A stretch of 64,000 nt of DNA from Macrostomum lignano (lineage: Eukaryota). The stretch is taken from assembly GCA_002269645.1 (NCBI GenBank), contig NIVC01000245.1:682001-746000 (forward strand). Direction: 5' to 3'. A program made the position numbers and the translations under genes. Under the pieces are notes generated by a model. That model ran no database searches. It had not been told where the DNA came from and saw only the letters and a list, made by a program, of their open reading frames with translations. Below, in pieces: positions 50,520-64,000 of this stretch; position 1 is the first letter of the stretch, and each line of letters starts with the position of its first letter.

Positions 50520-51560
50520 CTCTCTTGACTCTCTCACACTTTTCCTGTCACTCTCTTCCCGGTCCTCTTTTCCCGTCACCGTCCTTATCGTCACTCTCTT
50601 TCCGTCACTCTCTTCCCGTCACTCTCTTCCCGGTCCTCTTTTCCCGTCACCGTCCTTGTCGTCACTCCCTTTCCGTCACTCTCTTCCCGTCACTCTTTTC
50701 CCGTCACTCTCTTCCCGTCACTCTTTTCCCGTCGCACTCTTTCCGTCACACTCTTCCCGTGCCTCTCTTCCCGTCACCGTCCTTATCGTCACTCTCTTTC
50801 CGTCACTCTCTTCCCGTCACTCTCTTCCCGGTCCTCTTTTCCCGTCACCGTCCTTGTCGTCACTCCCTTTCCGTCACTCTCTTCCCGTCACTCTTTTCCC
50901 GTCACTCTCTTCCCGTCACTCTTTTCCCGTCGCACTCTTTCCGTCACACTCTTCCCGTGCCTCTCTTCCCGTCACTCTCTTCCCGTCACTCTCTTCCCGT
51001 CACTCTCTTCCCGTCACTCTCTTCCCGTCACTCTCTTCCCGTCACTCTCTTCCTGTCACTCTCTTCCCGTCACTCTCTTCCCGTCACTCTCTTCCCGTCA
51101 CTCTCTTCCCGTCACTCTCTTCCCGTCACTCTCTTCCCGGTCCTCTTTTCCCGTCACCGTCCTTGTCGTCACTCTCTTCCCGTCACTCTCTTCCTGTCAC
51201 TCTCTTCCCGTCACTCTCTTCCCGTCACTCTCTTCCCGTCACTCTCTTCCCGTCACTCTCTTCCCGTCACTCTCTTCCCGGTCCTCTTTTCCCGTCACCG
51301 TCCTTGTCGTCACTCTCTTCCCGTCACTCTCTTCCCTTCACTCTTTTCCCGTCACTCTCTTCCCGTCACTCTTTACCCATCACTCTCTTCCCGTCACTCT
51401 CTTCCCGTCACACTCTTCCCGTCACTCTCTTCCCGTCACTCTCTTCCCTTCACACTCTTTCCTTCACACTCTTCCCGTCACTTTACCTGTCACTATCTTC
51501 CTGGCACTCTCTTCCTTTCACGCATTACCTGTCACTCTCATTCACTCTCATCCTGTCCCT
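50520..51560. repeat. 14-bp pyrimidine-rich minisatellite (CACTCTCTTCCCGT)n
   Basis: Tandem units. They account for the 14-aa periodic spurious ORFs. Confidence 0.95.
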
Positions 51561-51561
51561 C

Positions 51562-52605
51562 TCACTCTCTCCAGCTGTCATCCTGCCTCTGAAAATTGGA
51601 GCCCTCAGGTTCGGGCAGGAACAGGGCCAATATTTGATCATTTTTCATTAGCAGCTCGGCTTGAATAATTTTACCCTTGCGAGTCAACTGAAGGCGTCGC
51701 ACAAACGAATGCACTTTGCTCAAGTAGCTGCAGTCGGTTCTCATATGGTTGAAGTACTTGAACAAGCAGTTGGATTGGAAGTCTCTACCATAGACAGCCG
51801 TGAGGAACTGGTCCGGCTGGTTGGGCGCCGGCAGTAAGTACGGGCCGAACGGACGAACTCGCAAAGGATAAACGTAGTCAATGGGAAACTTCCGCGGAGC
51901 TTCCTGTCTGTCATAAACGCGTCCTTTCACTCTGCCGAAAAAGAAGTCCACAATTGTTTTGCACTGTTTTCTCGCGCTGAGATTTTGGCCAACTAATCCG
52001 CATAGGATGCCCAACTGCCAATGCTGGTTTGTCAGTTCGGTGTCTATGAAGTTGAACTGCTCCGATTTGGACAGATTTACCAAGAATTGACGAACTAATG
52101 GCTTCTGATTATACTGAATCATAAAATCGATGTCGGCGTCCCAGGGGATGAAGCCGAGGTGTCGCCAGGATCCCAGCAAGCTGCCGCCAGCTAGAAACAG
52201 TTCGAGGCCCATCTGGCTGAAGTTCGAGTGCAACTGATGCACAATGCGATAGATATGACTCTGCTCATCGGTGCTCAACAGACTCAACCGGTGTAGTTCC
52301 ATGGCTGTAGGATTTTTCACTGCATCACTGCCGATTAGTTTTTGCAGACAGGCCGCACCGACTGACTTCGGTTTGCTCAGCCTAACATAGATCGGCGCTG
52401 ACAGATGGAGAACAGAGTCTTCTATACGAAATTTCAATAGCAAATCACTGAGACACAATGCGCTCGAGGCCAAAACGCTATGGGAGTCTTGAGATTGTGT
52501 CCTTGAGCTGCTTCTCAGAGTGAAAACTATCGAGAAGGCAAAACAGACGGCAGCCAATAAGAAATACGAATTAGCCCGACGTCTGTTTGGCAGTTTACTC
52601 AGCAT
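51562..52605 (-). CDS. Intronless LicD/fukutin-family nucleotidyltransferase-fold protein (type II membrane)
   Basis: N-terminal anchor YFLLAAVCFAFSIVFTL, LFLAGGSLLGSWRHLGFIPWDADIDF signature, TIVDFFF, and YPL..RPFGPY.LPAPNQP..FL..VYG. Confidence 0.85.
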   Translation of the reverse strand: MLSKLPNRRRANSYFLLAAVCFAFSIVFTLRSSSRTQSQDSHSVLASSALCLSDLLLKFRIEDSVLHLSAPIYVRLSKPKSVGAACLQKLIGSDAVKNPTAMELHRLSLLSTDEQSHIYRIVHQLHSNFSQMGLELFLAGGSLLGSWRHLGFIPWDADIDFMIQYNQKPLVRQFLVNLSKSEQFNFIDTELTNQHWQLGILCGLVGQNLSARKQCKTIVDFFFGRVKGRVYDRQEAPRKFPIDYVYPLRVRPFGPYLLPAPNQPDQFLTAVYGRDFQSNCLFKYFNHMRTDCSYLSKVHSFVRRLQLTRKGKIIQAELLMKNDQILALFLPEPEGSNFQRQDDSWRE

Positions 52606-52984
52606 TCTGCGGTTTCTTGCAAATCTACTTTGGTGTCATTTTTTAATCAATCCACTCGCAAATGTTTCTGGCATCGCAATGTCACTAATAGTCTTACAGT
52701 GAAAATGACAAAGGGAAGGCCTTTTCAGGGCGCAGTCACTTCCATGGTCTTTCCAGACAGTTGCTGTTTTGATGCGGTTGACGGGATCTGCTCGAGCAAT
52801 GGGAAAAATGTGTTGCTACAGATGTAGACTGCGTTGAGAAGGCTGCCTTGCTTCCCAATACAAAATTTGTTTTTATAGAAACAAAACAATCGCCTTTTAT
52901 CATCGTATATTCGTTTCATGGTTCATTTCTGTTTGTCTTTACCGTCTCGTGATCTAAGATTTGAAGATATTTTGTCTTGAACAA

Positions 52985-53545
52985 ACTTAGTATCTTAGTG
53001 CCTTAGAGTCTTAGTGCCTTAGTGTCTTAGTGACTTAGTATCTTATTGTCTAAGTGTCTCAGTGACTTGGTGTCTTAGTGTCTTATTGTCTCAGTGACTT
53101 AGTATCTTATTGTCTAAGTGTCTCAGTGACTTGGTGTCTTAGTGTCTTATTGTCTCAGTGACTTTATAGTATCTTAGTGTCCTAGTGCCTTAGTGTGTTA
53201 TTGACTTAATGTCTTAGTGACTTTTTATCTTAGTGTCTTAGTGTCTCAATGACTTAGTGTCTTAGTGACTTTTTATCTTAGTGTCTTAATGTTTCAATGA
53301 CTTAGTGTCTTAGTATCTTACTGCATTACTGATTTAGTATCTTAGTGTCTTAGTTACTTTATGTCTTAGTGTCTTAGCCTCTTAGTGACTTAGTGTCTTA
53401 GCCTCTTAGTGACTTAGTGTCTTAGCCTCTTAGTGACTTAGTGTCTTAGCCTCTTAGTGACTTAGTGTCTTAGCCTCTTCGTGACTTAGTGTCTTAGCCT
53501 CTTAGTGACTTATTGTCTTAGCCTTTTAGTGACTTAGTGTCTTTA
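52985..53545. repeat. 8-bp-based array (TTAGTGNC / TTAGCCTC variants)
   Basis: Tandem 8/16/24-bp periodicity. Confidence 0.9.
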
Positions 53546-54087
53546 GCGTCTTATTTAGTATTTTGGCCCCGCGATGACATCAGCAGTGGTTACTATAGAC
53601 TTACTATAAGACACCTAAGCAATCTGAGTCAAGCTAACTATAGACATAAAATACCTCAAGTCACTTACCGTTTTAAAGTCACTTCAGCTACATGCATTTC
53701 AGACCAAGACCAGCAAATTTTGTTGATTAAGGTGCAAAATGCACTTTATTATATCAAGCAATAAAGTAAAATTAGCATATTTTAAACCCCATTAGCTATA
53801 TTTAATTCTTAAATTAAATATTACAACTTTAGAGACTAGATTTTAACAGATGTTATAACTTTGACAACAAGTCTACAAATTTTGTGCATTAACAAGCATA
53901 GCTAAGCCAGCAACAACCGACTGTAACAGTTTTGAATTTGGCACACAGAACGCGATCTGTAGTGACGCCTTCGATCAACGGAGAGTTGCCAATTTACCCC
54001 TGCAGTGTTTACAATCAAGTTTATAATTCTGATTATCTGCAAATGTAGCTACAGCTTACTTTTAATAAGTCAACAAATCTGCGTCTA

Positions 54088-54902
54088 CTAAGTCACTAAT
54101 GCACTAAGCCACTAATGCACTAAGTCACTAATGTACTAAGCCACTAATACACTAAGTTACTAATGCACTAAGCCACTAATACACTAAGTCACTAATGCAC
54201 TAAGTCACTAATGCACTAAGCCACTAATGCACTAAGTCACTAATGCACTAAGTCACTAATGCACTAAGCCACTAATGTACTAAGCTATTAATGTACTAAG
54301 TCACTAATGCACTAAGCCACTAATGCACTAAGTAACTAATGCACTAATGCACTAAGCCACTAATACACTAAGTCACTAATGCACTAAGCCACTAATACAC
54401 TAAGTCACTAATGCACCAAGTAACTAATTCACTAATGCACTAAGCCACTAATACACTAAGTCACTAATGCACTAAGTCACTAATGCACTAAGCCACTAAT
54501 GCACTAAGTCACTAATGCACTAAGTCACTAATGCACAAAGTCACTAATGCACTAAGTCACTAATGCACTAAGTCACTAATGCACAAAGTCACTAATGCAC
54601 TAAGTCACTAATGTACTAAGCCACTAATGTACTAAGCCACTAATGTACTTAGCCACTAATGCACTTAGCCACTAATGCACTAAGCCACTAATGCACTAAG
54701 CCACTAATGCACTAAGCCACTAATGTACTAAGCCACTAATGTACTTAGCCACTAATGCACTAAGCCACTAATGCACTAAGCCACTAATGTACTAAGCCAC
54801 TAATGCACTAAGCCACTAATGCACTAAGCTACTAATGTACTAAGTCACTAATGCACTAAGCCACTAAAAGTCACTAATACACTAATGCACTAAGTCACTA
54901 AT
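54088..54902. repeat. 16-bp array (TAAG[T/C]CACTAATG[C/T]AC)n, inverted relative to 52985-53545
   Basis: GTCACTAA is the reverse complement of TTAGTGAC. Confidence 0.92.
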
Positions 54903-55423
54903 GAAAGAGAACACCTGAAGGCAAAAATCACTATACGATTTTCATGTCCTTAGGTAACCCGCCATTGATTTTAACATTTTCTAACAAAAAAGCTACCGCA
55001 AAGTTCCATTTAAGGTCACCATGAATGCTATCTAAGGTTAAAAAAATTGCAGCAAAAATCAGTGAAAACAGTGTCAATTATGAACCAGACTTGTTTGCGT
55101 GGTTACCCGTTGACTACCGCATTCCTTATATGGTCTTTGGGTAGGAGCAGCTGTCAATGAGCCGGCTAATTACCGCTAGGCTTGTTCCCGTACGGATATT
55201 AGTACCTTATCAAATCCTGACGAACTCCTCAGGGAATTGATCCAATTTCCTGTTTGCCTGTCTATATTAACCCTGAGTATGAGCATTGGGATATTGCTAC
55301 TGATCGAGAGTGGAGAGTGAACTTTTTAGGAATTTGAGTTCGGGACCATCCAAAGCGTGCTTTCCGTCATGATTGTGAGTTCAATTTCTGGCATGTTATC
55401 TGAGTACTACATGTAACATATTA

Positions 55424-55812
<389 letters not shown>

Positions 55813-56317
55813 GTTTTGAAACTTAAGGATTAACTATACATTTTCAAGCAAAATGTAAGTGTAATCCGCAGGCAAACAAGCAAAACTTACGGATTATCCA
55901 ATGTACTTTCTACTGGAACCAGAAGCCGGTAGAAAATGTGCAGAAATTTCTGTGTTGCTTATTTTATAAGAATATAACTAAGTATAGCTTTTGTCGTGCT
56001 ATGTGGAACGGCCCGTGAAGTTCTATGGTAGAAAGCGTTTGAATTCACTGGAGAAAGCAAGCCATATAGGTGCAAGTCAGCTTGTCATGCGAGCCAATAA
56101 AGGTTCTGATTCAAACGCTTGGCCATAAAACTCTACAGGCGGTTCCGTTTTACATGCCAAATGTTCCACACAGCAAGAAAAAATTTGAGGCTAAAAAACT
56201 TTAAATGCTATTTTTATTATTAAACTACTATATGTAATTCCCAAATGAAATTTACAACTAAACTGTTTGGAATTACATCTGATACATGTAGAATATTATT
56301 GATTTTCATTTTTTCAG

Positions 56318-61244
<4,927 letters not shown>

Positions 61245-62084
61245 CGGAAATTGCAATCAATTGTTTGTTTTACTGATCGATGATTTCAAGCATGATTCAA
61301 GCATCGGTGTTGGGTATTGTTTAAATTAACAAAAGAAACCAATAAATAGAGTCAATTAAAACATTTATTGAGTCTGGGCGGTAAAAAAACACCAATAACA
61401 ACATTCGACTTCTGTCTATACTCAGCCACGTAGTGTATATTTGTTAAATCTAGACATTTCAAACTCGATATTTATGCTCACTAAAGCTTCTGGATTATAT
61501 TTTATAAAAACACACCGAGACAACTATGAATTGACCTCTTTATTTGCTGATTAAAAAATCAAAAGGGAATCATGAATACAATTTAATATTATACATCAAA
61601 ATCGTAAGCTACTTTTAGCTCGTGGTTAAAACATTTATTGATAGAATTACAATTATCAGCAGAATTGGAATGACTGCCTACTGAATAGTAATATGACTTG
61701 GTTAGATATGAAACAGAAAAGATATTGCACTACATGAACCTACAGCAACGGCTTAACTACAGAATTTAAACAATGAAAAAAAGTGATTGATGAAACATTA
61801 GCTGAATAATATCTTACAAAATGATTAAGATACAAAACTACAGTATTGAGACTCGAATAAATTTGAAAAAATAACAGAAACAAATTAGCAAAACAATAAT
61901 TACATCTCATAGTAACAGCAGAACTTGGGCCAGTAGAAATTTGCGTCGCTTTTTAAAGAAACGCAAATTACAAACTTTTAGCGCACCAATTTAAACTGCG
62001 ACTTCTTGGATAATTCTAACCAACTTTTAGAGGAAAATCTTAGTTTGAAAGGATTTTTTAAAGCATTTTAGGTGCGGTTTTTGG

Positions 62085-62712
62085 GTAGTTTATGAGCGAT
62101 TGTTAGGATAGCTTATGAGCGATTATTAGGGTATTTTATGAGCGATTATTAGGGTATTTTATGAGCGATTATTAGGGTATTTTATGAGCGATTATTAGGG
62201 TATTTTATGAGCGATTATTAGGGTATTTTATGAGCGATTATTAGGGTATTTTATGAGCGATTGTTAGGAAAGTTTATGGCCGATTATTAGGATAGTTTAT
62301 GAACGATTATTAGGGCAGTTTATGACCGATAATTAGGATAGTTTATGAGCAATTATGAGGGCAGTTTATGACCGATAATTAGGATAGTTTATGAGCAATT
62401 ATGAGGGTACTCCATGAGCGATTATTAGGGTAGTTTATGAGCGATTATTAGGTCAGTTTGTGACCGCTTATTAGGATAGTTTATGAGAGATTATTAGGAT
62501 TATGGCAGTTTATGACCAATTATTAGGATAGGCCTAGTTTATGACCGATTATTAGGGCAGTTTATGACGGATTATTAGGGCAGTTTATGAGCGATTATGA
62601 GGTTACTCCATGAGCGATTATTAGGGTAGTTTATAACGGATTATTAGGGTAGTTATAACGGATTATTAGGGTAGTTTATGAGCGATTATTAGTGTAGTTT
62701 ATGAGCGATTAT
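62085..62712. repeat. 23-bp minisatellite (TTATGAGCGATTATTAGGGTATT)n
   Basis: Tandem units. Confidence 0.92.
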
Positions 62713-62890
62713 CAAGGTCTTCGGGCCATTTTTACATTAGGTGTTTAGAGGCTAATTCTTCTGTTACTAATTACCGGTGAAAATAGATATTACAAAAACG
62801 GGATAATAAAAACAACAGTGTATAACTTTTGAAGTCAGATTTGTTATAATCCTGGCCCAAATCAATTGAGTAAGAGACAGATTTGACCAT

Positions 62891-63957
62891 CTACTTCCCG
62901 GATGAGGATGCGGCTGAGCCAGTGGACTTGCTGTGCTGAATTAGCCACTGCAGGGTGATGTCTGCAATTCAGTAAAAATAATTATTTTATGCAAAAATAC
63001 TGTGGAGGTCATATACGCAAAGTGAAGATACATGTAAAGAGAGGAGATACGTAAGAGGGTAAAAAGGGGAGATAATGATGGAGGGTAAAAAGGGGGAGAT
63101 ATGGGAGAGGGTAAGGAGGGGGGTATGGGAGAGGGTAAAGAGGGGGAATATGAGAGAGGGTAAAGAGGGGAGATATGAGAGAGGGTAAAGAGGGGACATA
63201 TGGGAGAGGGTAAAGAGGGGACATATTGGAGAGGGTAAAGAGGGGAGATATGGGAGAGGATAAAGAGGGGACATATGGGAGAGGGTAAAGAGGGGACATA
63301 TGGGAGAGGGTAAAGAGGGGGGATATGAGAGAGGGTAGAGGGGGATATAGGAGAGGATAAAGAGGGGAAGTATTTGACACGGTAGAAGGGAGACATAGGA
63401 GGATAGAGCGGGAGATAGGGGAGAGGGCAAAGAGGGGAGAGTAAAGGTCATTATTTTGCTTTTAAGCTTGACAAGCAGATCCCAAGGGATTTCAAGTCAT
63501 AGATCACTATTGAGACGCAGAAGTCAATGCAAAGCCTGGTAAATCAGTCACAATAGCAAGCATACTCACCAATATTCTCCTTCTCTTTGCAGCTAATAGA
63601 ATAGCAGCAGACCTCTCGATCAGTGATATTAGTCAGGCTCAATCGTTCAATTAATTCTCGTTCGTCTAGAGCGGAATCCAGGTCTCGTTTATTGCCCAAC
63701 ACTAGCACTGGGATGCCCTGCAGTTGCGGCTTGTCCAACAGATTATGCAGCTCATTTCTGGCCGCTTCCAACTTATCCCTATCAGCGGCGTCCACCATGT
63801 AGACAATGGCGTTGACGCCGCGGCAGTAGCGCTCCCACATGCTGCGAAAGCGAGGCTGGCCACCAATATCCCACAGCTTGATGGTGACGCTGCCTTTGGT
63901 GATTTTGCGCATGTTGAACCCAACAGTTGGTATCATGTCCTCCGTGAATTGGCCAGA
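62891..63957 (-). CDS. ARL8: ADP-ribosylation factor-like GTPase 8, last two exons (63570-63957 and 62891-62961); 5' exon(s) outside the window
   Basis: [52 protein letters not shown] and [13 protein letters not shown]. Canonical GT-AG with consistent phase. Confidence 0.95.
63045..63445. repeat. 25-bp purine-rich intronic minisatellite (TGGGAGAGGGTAAAGAGGGGACATA)n
   Basis: Tandem units within the ARL8 intron. Confidence 0.9.
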
Positions 63958-64000
63958 CTGTGTAGCAATGGTGTAAGGAAATCGATATTATTATCTGGCC

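Noticed and set aside
50525-51651. 355-aa and 331-aa repetitive ORFs
   Set aside because: They are translations of the 14-bp pyrimidine satellite.
55210-55250. Hammerhead ribozyme core (CTGACGA)
   Set aside because: No properly placed GAAA or stem II/III pairing.
62941-63451. Pro/Ser/Leu-rich ORFs
   Set aside because: They come from the 25-bp satellite in the ARL8 intron.

Overview
This is a eukaryotic (invertebrate animal) window, very rich in repeats. It has GT-AG introns, ARL8, DEG/ENaC channels and trypsin-like proteases. Interstitial TTAGGG rather than nematode TTAGGC and the overall character suggest a flatworm such as Macrostomum; that is inference only. In order: (1) 245-1325, an RTE-like LINE remnant. 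(2) 1513-18697, a head-to-tail array of non-autonomous Helitron-like elements loaded with minisatellites, interrupted by a LOA/R1-type LINE, a tRNA-SINE and a MITE. (3) 19762-32024, a mariner (D,D34D) split by a young 10.7-kb Gypsy/Metaviridae LTR element (20285-30990, near-identical 1076-bp LTRs, TTAG target duplication). (4) Two intronless DEG/ENaC genes. (5) An unidentified multi-exon gene, two trypsin-like protease genes, an intronless LicD-family gene and the 3' exons of ARL8, with a different tandem repeat in most introns. The standout is the LTR element. Restoring six single-base homopolymer deletions gives one ~2439-aa gag-env-pro-RT-RH-IN ORF. Its env lies between gag and protease and has an internal signal peptide, a furin site, a herpes-gB-like class III cysteine/helix pattern and a TM anchor. 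LYPxI, PTAP and PPxY late-domain motifs follow the TM. A separate 3' ORF encodes a small N-myristoylation-motif RING protein. Together this looks like an enveloped endogenous retrovirus-like element of non-canonical gene order. All analysis was done by eye with no database searches.
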